DNA of 64,000 nucleotides from Alphaproteobacteria bacterium (GTDB lineage Bacteria; Pseudomonadota; Alphaproteobacteria; UBA828): NCBI GenBank assembly GCA_963422645.2, contig CAXXVO010000015.1, positions 1 to 64,000 of the forward strand, read 5' to 3'. Shown piece by piece: positions 1 to 11,723 of this stretch (position 1 is its first letter; each line of letters starts with the position of its first letter). The notes under the pieces were generated by a model. It saw only the letters and a program-made list of their open reading frames with translations, ran no database searches and was not told where the DNA came from. The position numbers and the translations under genes were made by a program.

Positions 1-664
1 ACACCCCGTCGGGGAACGCCGCCCGGGTCACCGTCCCGCAATGCCCGCAGCACTTGGCATGCGCCCGGTGCTCGGTCACCTCCAGGGGGCTCGGCTCGGG
101 CAGATCGAACACCTGGCGGGCGACGGGCGTTCCCGCCCTGGCCGCGTCCGAAAGCGGCGAACCGCATCCCTTGCAGGAAGCCGGGACGTGATCCTTCACC
201 CGATCCGGGTGATCGGCGCGGCGCAGCGTCTTGCCCTTGTGGCCGGGCTGGCCACCGGGCTTGCGGCCCGATTTGCCGCGCAGGCTTCGGGTTCGCCGCT
301 TCGAATTCGGCTTCCTCAGCCCATCGCTCGAAGGCGGCTTGCCGCTGTTGAGGCCGAGACGGCGCTCCAACTCCTCGATGCGCTCGACGAGACGCGCGAC
401 TTGCTCTTCCAGCCGCGCGTTCTGCTGCCGAAGCCAGGCATTTTCCTCCCGAAGCCGGGCGTTCTCCTCCTCCAGGCGGGCGATCTTCTGCGCGGGCGTT
501 TCGGGCGCTGCTCCCGTCGAAGGGCCGCGCGGCGACTCGGGATTGCTCATGTCGTTGTTGAGTCATTTCCCGAAATTCCCGTCAAGCCCTTTCCACCAAC
601 TCCGAACGAGAAACGCCTCAATCCACTGGCCCAAAATGACAAATCAGACGACCTGGGCAGTTAC
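1..664 (-). mobile_element. IS66-family element 'A', left part (runs off window); transposase ATG at 550 on minus strand
   Basis: Reverse complement of the left part of 48394-50281; ends in ...cctgggcagttac at 664; 9-bp in-frame deletion of one gccgctgtt repeat. Confidence 0.93.
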
Positions 665-913
665 GAAGAATCAATCGCTCGTTGCTCAAGCATCTTCTCC
701 GCATCAACTAAATGCTTCACATTATGATGTACATCTGATAGGAATAGGCGAATCGGGTCCCGCACATCCTTGTATCTCGTTACAGTGTGCGCGCGGGGTT
801 CGCGCGCACGTCTGATGATTCCCATACGCGCCGTGTCAGAAGAAACCATAAAAAGAGCTAGGTCGTTAACAGACATTCTTGGAGAGGTAGCGCTACGGGA
901 GGAGGGGCGAGCC

Positions 914-1144
914 ATGGAAACGATCCTCGGGACAGTTGAGTTAGATGACCAGCGGGCGGTGCATATTGCGACGCTCTCTTGTCAAACGGTGATCGAAAAC
1001 GATGCGGAGCACCTAGGATTTGACGGGTATTTCCTATTCGAAGTGTCCGATAGTCCTGAGTGCAAGGGCATCACAATTCTCGGCAAGGCATGTTCTGCGG
1101 ACGCTGCCTTCCGGCTACTCGATGTGTGGGGATTGCACAAATAG
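914..1144 (+). CDS. small hypothetical protein (76 aa)
   Basis: ATG preceded by ggagggg RBS-like motif; lower-GC segment; no recognisable domain. Confidence 0.5.
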   Translation: METILGTVELDDQRAVHIATLSCQTVIENDAEHLGFDGYFLFEVSDSPECKGITILGKACSADAAFRLLDVWGLHK

Positions 1145-1148
1145 TTCG

Positions 1149-1998
1149 CTACCCCACAAGGTCCACATAACGGAGCCGCTTGCCAACCATACCCTGCGCG
1201 ATGCCAGCCATCTGGTCAATGGTGTCGCGCTCGCGGTCGTTGTGGCGACCAGAGAACTCCGTCACATAGCGGTCCAAGTGCTTGGCGCTCATGTGGTGGT
1301 AGGTGCCGTGGTAGCCCCGCTTCAGCATTGACCAGAACGACTCGATCCCGTTGGTGTGCGCCTGATCCCGCACATACTCGCTGATTGAGTGATTGACGGT
1401 CTCGTGATCGAACGGCATGCCTTGGTGGCTGGCCCCCTGATCCGTGTAGACCTTTGCATCCTCTGCCGTGCGGGAGGCGACGAAGCTCTGGAGCGAATGC
1501 GCGTCGGTCCCCTGTACCACGCTTGCGCCAATCCGGTTCGTCGCGCGATCCCTTGCGCCCGCGACAATGGACTTGCCGATGCCGCCGCGACCTAGGCGCT
1601 GCTTCTTGTGGGCGTGCTTGTTCTTTTCCTTCCCGCCGATTTAGGTCTCATCGACCTCGACCGGGCCGGCCATCGGCTCGTTCTTCTTCGCCCAAGTCTC
1701 GCGGATGCGGTGCGCCAGATGCCATGCTGACTTCTGCGTGATGCCCAGATCGCGATGCAGCTTCATGCTGGACTGGCCCTTCAGGCCGGTGGTCAGCAGG
1801 TAGGTCGCAACGGCCCACACCTGCAATCCCAGTTTCGACGACTGCATGACCGTCCCGGTCTTGACCGAGAACCACTTGCGGCAGTCCCGGCAGCGATAGG
1901 GCATGGTCTTGTGTTTGGTGCCATCCTGAATGTTCACGGAGCCGCAGTGCGGGCAGTGGGCGCCATCCGGCCAGCGCATTTCGGTGAACCACCGCATC
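1149..1998 (-). pseudogene. IS1595-family transposase, inactivated
   Basis: RWPDGAHCPHCGS zinc ribbon, VEVDET, HTNGIESFW, YVTEF motifs; in-frame TAA at 1641-1643; 5' end lost next to IS66 end at 2022. Confidence 0.88.
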
Positions 1999-2249
1999 CC
2001 AACTTTAAGCGAGAATTGAAAGTAACTGCCCAGGTTCTTGCTGTGAAAATTCGTAACTGCCCAGGTCGTCTGATTTGTCATTTTGGGCCAGTGGATTGAG
2101 GCGTTTCGTAACTACCCAGGTACCCCAATCCTGAGTTGAGGACGGTGATTATGGCGGCGGCCGCGGTCTGGTTCTGCCACCGCGATTGGTTCTTGACCTC
2201 ATAGAGTTGCGGGACTATGGACTGCTCTCTCGCGTGACGGGAGCGGTCC

Positions 2250-2915
2250 ATGGGGTATTTCGGCTCGAAGGCGACAGCAGGTCTGTGCCAAGCGCTGATT
2301 GCGCTGATGCCGCCGCACTCCGTCTACATCGAAAGCCACCTTGGGGGCGGGGCGCTGATGAAGCGCAAGCCGCCGGCCGTGCGTTCGATCGGCATCGACC
2401 GCGATGCGCAGGCGCTCGAGGCCTTCGTCTGCGACTACCCGGTCGATCTGGTTCACGGCTGTGCCCATGACTTCCTGGCCTCGTTCCCGTTCCTGGGCCC
2501 GGAGCTGGTTTACAGCGATCCGCCCTATCTGCACGCGACCCGCCGCTCGGCGCAGCGCTACCGCTTCGAGTACGAGGAGGCCGGCCACGTCGCGCTTCTC
2601 GCGCTGCTCAAGGCTCTGCCCTGCCAGGTCATGATCTCGGGCCATCCGTCGGCGCTCTATGACGAGGTGCTGGCGGGATGGCGCCGGCTGGCGCTGCAGG
2701 TCACGACCCAGGGTCTGGTGCGAACCGAGGTCGTCTGGTTCAACTACGCCCCCGACCGGATGCATTGGGCCAGCCACGCAGGCCGGAACTTCACCGACCG
2801 CCAGCGCATCAAGCGCAAGGCAGCCAACTGGGGCCGGCGCTACCAGGCCTTGCCGCCGGGCGAACGCCTCGCCGTGCTCGCCGCCATGATGGCCGTCGAG
2901 GCCGAAGACACGTGA
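2250..2915 (+). CDS. compact Dam/D12-class N6-adenine DNA methyltransferase (221 aa)
   Basis: YFGSK, YIESHLGGGA (motif I-like), YSDPPY (motif IV), MISG and RTEVVWFNY motifs. Confidence 0.88.
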   Translation: MGYFGSKATAGLCQALIALMPPHSVYIESHLGGGALMKRKPPAVRSIGIDRDAQALEAFVCDYPVDLVHGCAHDFLASFPFLGPELVYSDPPYLHATRRSAQRYRFEYEEAGHVALLALLKALPCQVMISGHPSALYDEVLAGWRRLALQVTTQGLVRTEVVWFNYAPDRMHWASHAGRNFTDRQRIKRKAANWGRRYQALPPGERLAVLAAMMAVEAEDT

Positions 2916-4450
2916 CGGTGTCGCACTGGCACGAAGACCTCGCCGCCCGTAACGAGGCCTTCTGCTGCCTGAAGGAGCTTCTCGAGCCATCATCCCTCGC
3001 AACCACTGTCGTCGTTGCCGTCCGGGAATGGGGGCAGGGGCTGCTGCGATCAGCCACCGCGCTCGCCCGGGAAAATGCCGCACTCGAGCAGGAGAACGCG
3101 GCCCTGCGCGAGCGCATCGCCGAACTCGAGCGCAGCGCGGCCCTCAACAGCACCACAAGCAGCAAGCCCCCCGCCAGCGACGGGCTCAAGAAGAAAAGCG
3201 GAGCCCAGAGGCGCACCCAAAGCCAGCGCGGAAAGTCCGGCGGGCCCAGTGGCGGCCAGCCCGGCCACAAGGGAACCACCCTCGCGCGGAGCGACAGCCC
3301 GGACCGTGTCGTCGATCACCACCCCTCCACCTGTTCCGGCTGTGGCGTCGAGCTCTCGGACGCCGACCGGCAAGGCGCGCCCGCCTGTCGGCAGGTCTTC
3401 GACGTACCCGAGCCGCAGCCTCTCGAGGTCACCGAACACCGCGCCCATCGCTGCCTCTGCGGCGCATGCGGCACGCTGACACGAGCCGCCTTCCCGCCGG
3501 GCGTCACCGCCCCGGTCCAGTACGGCCCTCGCATCACCGCTTGGGTGAGTTACCTGCTGTACGCCCAGTTCGTGCCCGAGAAGCGTCTGGCCGAACTCAT
3601 GAGCGACATCTTCGCGGTGTCCATCTCCACTGCCACGATCGCCGCCATGGGCCGGCGCACAGCGCAGCGCTTCGAGGGCTTCCTCGACCATGTCGCCGAT
3701 CTGATCCGCACGCAGGCGCCGGTCAAGCACCTCGACGAGACCGGCCTGCGTATCGCCGCCCGTACCCGCTGGCTCCATGTGCTGTGCACCCCGTTGCTCA
3801 CCGTCCTGCGCATCGGCGAGGGACGCGGCGATGTCGAAAAGAACCTGAAAGGCATCCTCGTCCACGACGACTTCGCCCCCTACTTCACCATCAAGGGCGT
3901 CCGCCACGGCGCCTGCAACGCACATCACCTGCGCGAACTCCAGGCCCTGATCGACATCGAGAAGGAGGAATGGGCGGCGAGCATGCACCGCCTGCTTCAG
4001 CGCGCGCGCAGGGCCGCCCGCTTCGCCCGTGAGAAAGACCGTCAAGTCCCCGCCTCCCTGGTGGCCCGCATCTCAAGGGCATGGGACCGTATCCTCGAAG
4101 AAGCCATCGCCTTCCATGAGGCCCAACCGCCGCTCCAGATCGCAAAGCGAGGGCGAAAGAAACGCCGCATCGGCCACAACCTCGCGCGCCGCCTTCAAAA
4201 GCATAAGGAGGGCTGCCTGCGCTTCCTCACCGACCTGCGCACGCCGTTCACGAATAACGAGGCGGAGCGTGACATCCGTATGAACAAAGTGCATGAGAAG
4301 ATCTCAGGCGGCTTCCGCTCCCTGCAAGGCGCCTGCAACTTCGCCGGAATGCGCAGCGTCATCGTCACCGCTCGAAAGCAAGGCTGGAACATCCTGCAAA
4401 TCCTGGCGCACCCGGAACCGATGCAGCTGATCCCTATACTGCGCTCCTGA
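2912..4450 (+). CDS. IS66-family transposase (single-ORF type)
   Basis: Coiled coil, NS..SSKPP.SD, GGQPGHKG, CxxC zinc finger, HLDETG, CNAHHLREL, TNNEAERDIR; GTG start overlaps MTase stop (GTGA); start inferred. Confidence 0.92.
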   Translation: MTVSHWHEDLAARNEAFCCLKELLEPSSLATTVVVAVREWGQGLLRSATALARENAALEQENAALRERIAELERSAALNSTTSSKPPASDGLKKKSGAQRRTQSQRGKSGGPSGGQPGHKGTTLARSDSPDRVVDHHPSTCSGCGVELSDADRQGAPACRQVFDVPEPQPLEVTEHRAHRCLCGACGTLTRAAFPPGVTAPVQYGPRITAWVSYLLYAQFVPEKRLAELMSDIFAVSISTATIAAMGRRTAQRFEGFLDHVADLIRTQAPVKHLDETGLRIAARTRWLHVLCTPLLTVLRIGEGRGDVEKNLKGILVHDDFAPYFTIKGVRHGACNAHHLRELQALIDIEKEEWAASMHRLLQRARRAARFAREKDRQVPASLVARISRAWDRILEEAIAFHEAQPPLQIAKRGRKKRRIGHNLARRLQKHKEGCLRFLTDLRTPFTNNEAERDIRMNKVHEKISGGFRSLQGACNFAGMRSVIVTARKQGWNILQILAHPEPMQLIPILRS

Positions 4451-4994
4451 ACTTCTCCGGCTCATCCTGAGTATCGCTGTCCTCTCATCTTGTTCGCGAC
4501 GCGGCGTTCATCATCCTCTCGCGCTCAAGAGAGTAGGCACCCCCGCGGCGTGGGGGCGTTGACGCAAAAGGAACTGGCTTGTTCCATAAGAGAGAGGGGG
4601 TACCTGGGCAGTTACGAAAATTCTCTGGGATTCGGCACAACGCTACCCACGCGACGCCCGTGTGCTCCTCTGTGGTCGCCGGGTTTCACAGCTCACGATG
4701 CCCCTCTTGCGGACTGCGACCGGTAAGCTACCCCGATGTGGCCCGAAGTCCGCCCGCGCGACGGGCACCGATTTTCATTCTATGGGGTGGTCCAGCACGG
4801 CGTCGACCATGATCGTTTATGAGAATGGCTCCGCTGTTGGAGAACCCGTGCCAGGTGAGCTTACGCGCACTTGACTGTTGTTAAGCGTGGAAAAGTGACC
4901 CCCTATTGGGGGTGATCGGCGTCCAAAATTGACCCCCTTGGATTTGTGTCCATGAACACACCTCGTCGTTTGGACGGACGGGGTGGTGGGGGAG

Positions 4995-6509
4995 ATGCTG
5001 GTTGTGGAAACGATCGCGAAGATCCGTCGGGATCATCTGGTGAAGGGCGTTCCGATCAAGAAGCTCGCCCGGGATTTGAGGGTTTCCAAGAACACGATAC
5101 GCAAGGTGGTGCGGGGCGATGCGACCTCGCACAGCTACGAGCGCAAGATCCAGCCGATGCCGAAGCTTGGGCTGTGGGTGGAGGAGCTTGAGCGCCAGCT
5201 GAAGGCCAACGAGAAGAAGGCACGCAAGGATCGGCTGTCTCTTCTGCGGATTCATGAAGACCTTGTGTCGCTGGGCTACAAGGGCGGCTATGACGCGGTT
5301 CGCCGCTATGCCAGGGCCTGGCGGCGCCGGTGGCGGCTGTTGTCGCCGGCGCAGGCCTATGTGCCGCTGATCTTCGATCCCGGCGAGGCCTACCAGTTCG
5401 ACTGGAGCCACGAGTACGCGCGTCTGTCGGGCGCGACGACCAGGGTGAAGGCGGCGCACATGCGGCTGTGCCACAGCCGGATGTATCTGGTCCAGATCTT
5501 TCCCCGCGAGAGCCAGGAGATGGTCTTCGAGGCGCACGAGCGTGCCTTCCGCTTCTTCGGCGGGGTCTGCCGGCGGGGCATCTACGACAACATGAAGACG
5601 GCGGTGAGCACGATCTTCGTGGGCAAGAAGCGGGACTACAACCGCCGCTTCCAGGAGCTGTGCTCGCACCATCTGGTGGAGCCTGTGGCGTGCACGCCAG
5701 GGGCTGGCTGGGAGAAGGGGCAGGTCGAGAAGCAGGTGGGTGACCTTCGCGGCCGCCTGTTCGTGCCCATCCCGCGGGGCCGCTCCTACGCCGAGATCAA
5801 CGAGTGGCTGATGGATCGGTGCATCGAGGACGCCAAGAAGCATCCGCATCCGACAATCCCGGGCAAGACGGTGTGGCAGGTGTTCGAGGAGGAGCAGCCC
5901 TTCCTGATGGCGTATCGCGGCCCCTTCGACGGCTTCCATGCCAGCGAGGTGTCGGTCTCGAAGACCTGTCTGGTGCGCTTCGACAACAACCAGTACAGCG
6001 TCGCGGCCCGCGCCGTCGGCCGGCCGGTGGACGTGCGGGCCTATGCCGATCGGATCGTCATCCGCCAGGACGGCGAGACCGTTGCCGAGCACCCCCGCAG
6101 CTTCGGGCGCGGCCGGTTCGTCTACGATCCGTGGCATTACGTGCCGATCCTGACGCGGAAGCCCGGCGCGCTACGCAATGGCGCGCCCTTCAAGGACTGG
6201 CAGTTGCCCAACGCGCTCGGCCGCCTGCGAACCCGGCTCGCGGGCCACGACGACGGCGACCGGCAGTTCGTCAAGGTGCTCGCGGCGGTGCTGGAGGACG
6301 GACTGGAGGCGGTTGAGGCGGCCTGTGCCGAGACGCTCGACTGCGGTGCCTGCAGCGCCGACGTGGTGCTCAACATCCTCGCCCGGCAGCGCCAGCCGGC
6401 ACCGCCGGCAATCATCCCGACGCCCGAGGGCCTGCAGCTTCGCCACAAGCCGGTAGCCGACTGTCAGCGCTACGACAGCCTGAGGGAGGCCGGTCATGGA
6501 GCGTCATGA
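4995..6509 (+). CDS. istA: IS21 transposase IstA
   Basis: N-terminal [28 protein letters not shown] motifs. Confidence 0.95.
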   Translation: MLVVETIAKIRRDHLVKGVPIKKLARDLRVSKNTIRKVVRGDATSHSYERKIQPMPKLGLWVEELERQLKANEKKARKDRLSLLRIHEDLVSLGYKGGYDAVRRYARAWRRRWRLLSPAQAYVPLIFDPGEAYQFDWSHEYARLSGATTRVKAAHMRLCHSRMYLVQIFPRESQEMVFEAHERAFRFFGGVCRRGIYDNMKTAVSTIFVGKKRDYNRRFQELCSHHLVEPVACTPGAGWEKGQVEKQVGDLRGRLFVPIPRGRSYAEINEWLMDRCIEDAKKHPHPTIPGKTVWQVFEEEQPFLMAYRGPFDGFHASEVSVSKTCLVRFDNNQYSVAARAVGRPVDVRAYADRIVIRQDGETVAEHPRSFGRGRFVYDPWHYVPILTRKPGALRNGAPFKDWQLPNALGRLRTRLAGHDDGDRQFVKVLAAVLEDGLEAVEAACAETLDCGACSADVVLNILARQRQPAPPAIIPTPEGLQLRHKPVADCQRYDSLREAGHGAS

Positions 6510-7224
6510 TGTGCTGGAGATGATGACCCAGCTGAAGCTCGCAGGTATGCGCGCCGCTTACGACGACATCCTTGCCGACGGGCTCAAGCGCCGCCATCCG
6601 GTGCAACAGATCATCGGTACGCTGCTGCAGGTCGAGATCGCCGACAAGAGGGCCCGCTCGATCAAGTACCAGATGGCCTCCGCCAAGCTGCCGACGGTCA
6701 AGGAGCTGGCCGACTTCGACTTCGCCGCCTCGCCGGTCAACGAGCCCCTGATCCAGGAGCTCGCCGGCGGCGGCTTCCTCGAGGGCAAACGCAACATCGT
6801 GCTGGTCGGCGGCACCGGTACCGGCAAGACCCATCTCGCCGTCGCCATCGCGCGGTCCTGCATCCGCAAGGGCGCGCGCGGCCGGTGCTACAACGTCGTC
6901 GACCTGGTCAACCTCCTCGAGGCCGAGCTTCGCGCCGGACGCCAGGGCCGCACTGCAGACCAGCTCGTCCGCCGCGACTTCGTCATCCTCGACGAGCTCG
7001 GCTACCTGCCCTTCGCCCAGGCCGGTGGGCAGCTGCTCTTCCATCTGATGAGCCGGCTCTACGAGCGCACCTCGATCGTCATCACCACAAACCTCGCCTT
7101 CGGCGAATGGCCATCCGTCTTCGGCGACCCCAAGATGACCACAGCGCTGCTCGATCGCCTCACCCATCATTGCGAGATCATCGAGACCGGCAACGAGAGC
7201 TGGCGCTTCAAGAACCGCTCCTGA
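6496..7224 (+). CDS. istB: IS21 helper ATPase IstB
   Basis: Walker A GGTGTGKT, Walker [16 protein letters not shown]. Confidence 0.96.
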   Translation: MERHDVLEMMTQLKLAGMRAAYDDILADGLKRRHPVQQIIGTLLQVEIADKRARSIKYQMASAKLPTVKELADFDFAASPVNEPLIQELAGGGFLEGKRNIVLVGGTGTGKTHLAVAIARSCIRKGARGRCYNVVDLVNLLEAELRAGRQGRTADQLVRRDFVILDELGYLPFAQAGGQLLFHLMSRLYERTSIVITTNLAFGEWPSVFGDPKMTTALLDRLTHHCEIIETGNESWRFKNRS

Positions 7225-7325
7225 CCCGCCGCCGGCCTCCCTTGCGGCCCGGTTGCCCCGGTGGGCCACTCAGGGGGGTCAATTTTGCACGCCGATCGGG
7301 GGTCAGTATTGAAAGCCGATTGACA

Positions 7326-7601
7326 CACGACATCGATATCGCTGCCGAGCGTCATCAAGAAGCGGAAAAAATGCTCCAGCGAATACTCTCAAAAGTCGCC
7401 TCGAAGCAGACCGGACAGATCGGACCGTGACAAACCGAGCGCGCGTGCAGCCTCGGCCTGGGTAGTTCTTCGCTGCCGGATGATGGCATCAATGACGCTC
7501 ACGAGCTCGGCCTTCAGAAGGTGCGTATCGGCTTCGGGAAAGCCGAGATCGGCGAATACGTTGCCGCTGCTGCGTTCGACGGAGTACTCGGATGTGTTCA
7601 T
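7326..7601 (-). pseudogene. XRE-family HTH protein (HigA-like antitoxin), premature stop, truncated by IS21
   Basis: SSGNVFADLGF...KAELV...TQAEAARALG; TGA at 7389-7391, then frame continues EYSLEHFFRFLMTLGSDIDVV. Confidence 0.75.
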
Positions 7602-8051
7602 CGTCCGGGCCGCTGACCGAAGGATCCGTCTCAGCCAGTCCTGCGTGACGGGCTCCAAGTTGCGCCGATTCTCAGTAGGAGCCGCCTGCCAGTCCGGCTT
7701 CTCGAAGTTCTCGGCCATATCGATTGCGTGGTACCGCTGACCTCCGCACTTCATATCGACCCTGCCGTTGTTGCCGATAATCCACAGTGCGTGTGGCTGG
7801 AGCTTGACGACCTCACCGGTCGGGCCGCGAAGTTCGAGCGAAGCCAGCGGTTTCGCCTGTACACCGAACTCCTGCATCATCTTCTCGTGCATGAGCACCG
7901 GTTCACCCGAATGGGCCTTCCAATCGGCCGGCAACCATTTCGCAATCGCGGCGTAAAGCGCCTTCAGACGCTGTTCCCAATCATCGACGCGGCGCTGCAC
8001 GTGCGTCGCGTCTACGGTGTCACTCGTGACCTCTTCGAGAACCGTCTTCAT
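7602..8051 (-). CDS. hypothetical protein reading in frame into the XRE gene
   Basis: Protein-like composition (RRVDDWEQRLKALY...ALWIIGNNGRVD); boundary with XRE gene inferred. Confidence 0.55.
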
Positions 8052-8257
8052 TGAACTGTTTCACCTTTCCGACTCATCCGAGTTCGGGCGGAACGGCCCC
8101 CAACGTCGGCTTCCACGTGCCTGCCGCCTTGGTTCGCCCGTTGTCGGTCGTAACCGAGGCAGGCAGGTGGCCAATATCACTTGCCCCAGTTCGGGCATGA
8201 CTACGAGCCTATCGCTTGGCCTCGAGAGGGTCTTGGCGCATTTGCCACGCCCATACT

Positions 8258-11200
8258 CAGACTTCCTGACCTCTGCTGATTTTAGGTGACACGAGCCGCG
8301 CGGATTCCGAGGCCCCGTCGATGTCGTAGACTATGCGCAGACGGGTGCCGGGGAAGACCGTTTCGGTGGCGTTCAGGTCGCTCAGAACCGCATCGATCCA
8401 ACGGTCGCAGGCGTCGTTTGCGAGGCCAAGAATGTGGACCCGCAGGAGGCCACAACTGGCCAGAACCCGAGCCGGAACATCGCAAGTCGCACGCCCCATC
8501 GGCGCCTGCCGGTCCCGCCGATCGCGCGCGCTGCGATCCGTTTGCGGCTGCGCTTCCAGCCCCGGCGCCGTCTCCGGCCCCGGGGCACCGGTACTCTCTT
8601 CATCGACACGGCCTTCAGGAGCCGCACCCGCGTCAGGCGGCGCAGCCAGCGCTGAGCGTCCGGGCTCCCCATCCGCCTCCGTGTTGCCGATCAGTCCCTG
8701 ACGGCGCCACTTGTTGACCGATGGCGCTGACACGCCGAGAACCCGGGCCGCCGCAGAGCCGCTCAGGCCCGATGCCAGCAACGCCGTCGCCTTCTCCGCC
8801 AACTCCGGAGTGAACACCGACGGCCCGCGACCGCGCCGGGGCTTCATGAACCCCGCTTCGCCCTCGGCCAGGTAGCGCCGTCGTGCGCGCTGCACCGTCG
8901 CGCGCGAGACAGCGAAAGCGTCAGCCAGTTCCTGCGGCGAGACCGCGCTGATCGCCGCGAGGCGGCCGATCCGCAAGAGCATGGCCGTGCGGTCATCGGC
9001 GGCGTGGCTGTCAAAGGGAATGAGGTTGGAAAAGTAGGTGAAGGTGTCGTCCGAGATCAGGACGGCGAAGCAGCTGTTGCCGATCGAGACCGCCTCTGGA
9101 GGGCACATTGGGAGGGTACTGGGCATGGTTGAGACCGTGCAATTGGTATCAAATTATACTATCAGACCTCGGGCGCGACACCCAGCGAAAAACCGCCTGA
9201 AACAACCGAAATGTATCAGAATTCAAGGAGTTCCCGGCACGCTGCCCAGAACAGCCAGCATCACGAGGTCAGGAAGTCTGAGACTATGCGCAGACGGGTG
9301 CCGGGGAAGACCGTTTCGGTGGCGTTCAGGTCGCTCAGAACCGCATCGATCCAACGGTCGCAGGCGTCGTTTGCGAGGCCAAGAATGTGGACCCGCAGGA
9401 GGCCATTGCCAGGATCCGGCAGGATGTCGGCATCGGCGGTGAGCAGCGCTTGAAGCAGTTTCCGGGGATGGGGCTTGTGGCCCTGCGCCTGCATGACGGG
9501 AAGCATCATGCGGGTTTCGGCGCGGTAGGCGATCATCCGGATGACGTCGAGGAGGAGGCGCTCGCGCGCGGGCAAGGCATCGAGCTGCTCGGCTTCGTCG
9601 AGGTCGCCGGCCCGGCAGTGCTTGGGCGTCTCCCTGCGGCTGGCCCTGACGATGTCGCGGACATCCTGGAGGTCCCTGACTTCCCTCCTGAGTTCCGCCG
9701 TCGGCTGCTTCTTCCGGGCCGTGTCGGCGATGCGGTTGCGCAGGCGGCCAAGCTGGCGGTCGAGGCGATGGATTGCCTTGTCATAGGCCCGCCGCAGCGG
9801 GTTGACGACCATGGCGGCGGGATCGAGAGGCTCGAGCTCGTGGGTCGGCAGGGCGTCGAGATTGAACTCGTCACGCATGTACTTGAAGAAGTTCTCCTGC
9901 GACCAGCGCGAGAACATGGCGCCCGCAACCTCAGCCATCGGCTTGTGCGGATCGGTGGTGATCAGCGGCACCTGACGGCCGTTGTCGAGCAGGCGGCGGA
10001 TCTGGCGCACCCTGAAGCCGTTCGGCAACGTCACCGGCTTCTCAGCCAGCCGCATGGTGGCGCTGCCGTCCGCCGCCGGTCCGTGAATGGGAACGGTCAT
10101 CGCGCCGAAGTCCTCGGCCGGCCAGTCCTCGCCCCTGAAGTTCTTGTGCCAGGTCAGGCAGGCGACGCCGCGCCTCGCCAGCCGGCGGAACAGATCCGGG
10201 CTCCAGCCCTCGCGGTCGAAGACCAGGGTGAGCGCCGGCTGGCCGGGATGCTCGGCGGTCAGGTCCGGCGCCCCGGCGCCAACGATCCCAAGCTCCTGCA
10301 GCGCCGGCACCACGTCGGCTTCGATGGCCGCGACCATCTTCGGGTCCAGCGGCTTGTGCAGACAGAGCAGCGGCTTGCCGCCCAGAGCGTTGATCCAGTA
10401 GCTGGCGCTCGCCGGCAGGCACAGCTTCTCGCGCGAGACGAAGTGCTTGGGCAAGCGCCCCTTGCGGCCGGAGTAGACCTTGACGTGCCCGTCGATGGCC
10501 AGCGTCGCCCAGAGCTCCGGCTCGTCGGCGCCTGCCAGCGCCTGGCAAGGGCGAGCTGCCACGCCCGCACGCCGGCCTCGTCGTCGGCGATGAGAGCGAT
10601 CTTGCGGCGCAGCGTCTTGACCTCGGGGCAGCGATCGAGGCCGAGAATGGCGCCCCATTCGCCCGGCGCCTGGTAGCGCAGGCTCTCGGGGTTGCGCACC
10701 CGCGCCAAGGTCATGAAGGCCAGGAAGAGCAGGATCGTAGGCAAGCCGTAATAGCCCTTCGGCAGCAATGGCAGGAGACCGGTCTCGGAGAGAAGACCTT
10801 CCTTCAGCAGGGCCGGCAGGGCGGCGAGCACGCCGCCGAAGCGGACACCGCGGGCGGCGGCGGCGAACTGCGGTTCGACCGGCCCCGCCTGTCCACAACT
10901 GGCCAGAACCCGAGCCGGAACATCGCAAGTCGCACGCCCCATCGGCGCCTGCCGGTCCCGCCGATCGCGCGCGCTGCGATCCGTTTGCGGCTGCGCTTCC
11001 AGCCCCGGCGCCGTCTCCGGCCCCGGGGCACCGGTACTCTCTTCATCGACACGGCCTTCAGGAGCCGCACCCGCGTCAGGCGGCGCAGCCAGCGCTGAGC
11101 GTCCGGGCTCCCCATCCGCCTCCGTGTTGCCGATCAGTCCCTGACGGCGCCACTTGTTGACCGATGGCGCTGACACGCCGAGAACCCGGGCCGCCGCAGA

Positions 11201-11723
11201 GCCGCTCAGGCCCGATGCCAGCAACGCCGTCGCCTTCTCCGCCAACTCCGGAGTGAACACCGACGGCCCGCGACCGCGCCGGGGCTTCATGAACCCCGCT
11301 TCGCCCTCGGCCAGGTAGCGCCGTCGTGCGCGCTGCACCGTCGCGCGCGAGACAGCGAAAGCGTCAGCCAGTTCCTGCGGCGAGACCGCGCTGATCGCCG
11401 CGAGGCGGCCGATCCGCAAGAGCATGGCCGTGCGGTCATCGGCGGCGTGGCTGTCAAAGGGAATGAGGTTGGAAAAGTAGGTGAAGGTGTCGTCCGAGAT
11501 CAGGACGGCGAAGCAGCTGTTGCCGATCGAGACCGCCTCTGGAGGGCACATTGGGAGGGTACTGGGCATGGTTGAGACCGTGCAATTGGTATCAAATTAT
11601 ACTATCAGACCTCGGGCGCGACACCCAGCGAAAAACCGCCTGAAACAACCGAAATGTATCAGAATTCAAGGAGTTCCCGGCACGCTGCCCAGAACAGCCA
11701 GCATCACGAGGTCAGGAAGTCTG
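8258..11723 (-). mobile_element. Head-to-tail dimer of an unclassified DDE IS ('C', ends CAGACTTCCTGACCTC): internally deleted copy 8258-9280 + copy 9281-11723
   Basis: 16-bp terminal IRs; 5-bp direct repeat atact at 8253-8257 and 11724-11728. Confidence 0.9.
9281..11569 (-). pseudogene. Large IS4-superfamily-like DDE transposase, split by a 1-nt frameshift near 10530 and missing its native C-terminus
   Basis: Two N-terminal HTH-like segments, then LAIDGH, VFDREG and RWSQENFFK motifs in a second frame. Confidence 0.8.

Larger units (their letters stand above)
2108..4615 (+). mobile_element. IS66-family element 'B' carrying a DNA adenine methyltransferase, copy 1 (2508 bp)
   Basis: IRs gtaactacccaggtacccc / ggggtacctgggcagttac; GTAA...TTAC ends typical of IS66; preceded by 55 bp of IS66-A left end (2053-2107). 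Confidence 0.93.
2022..4875 (-). mobile_element. IS66-A right-end fragment (2022-2052 + 4616-4875), interrupted by a hybrid IS66 unit and truncated by IS21
   Basis: Matches reverse complement of IS66-A right end; 8-bp direct repeat gaaaattc at 2045-2052 and 4616-4623. Confidence 0.9.
4876..7325 (+). mobile_element. IS21-family element, copy 1
   Basis: TGT...ACA ends with repeated aaaa(t/g)tgacccc motifs; istA-istB pair; near-identical inverted copy at 45398-47837; no TSD seen. Confidence 0.95.

Noticed and set aside
2678-2911. N-terminal extension of the IS66-B transposase (590/547-aa calls)
   Set aside because: Overlaps the MTase in another frame; the GTG at the GTGA overlap is the more plausible start
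7389-8051. Genuine hypothetical-XRE fusion protein
   Set aside because: XRE part has its own ATG and a premature stop; more likely two decaying genes
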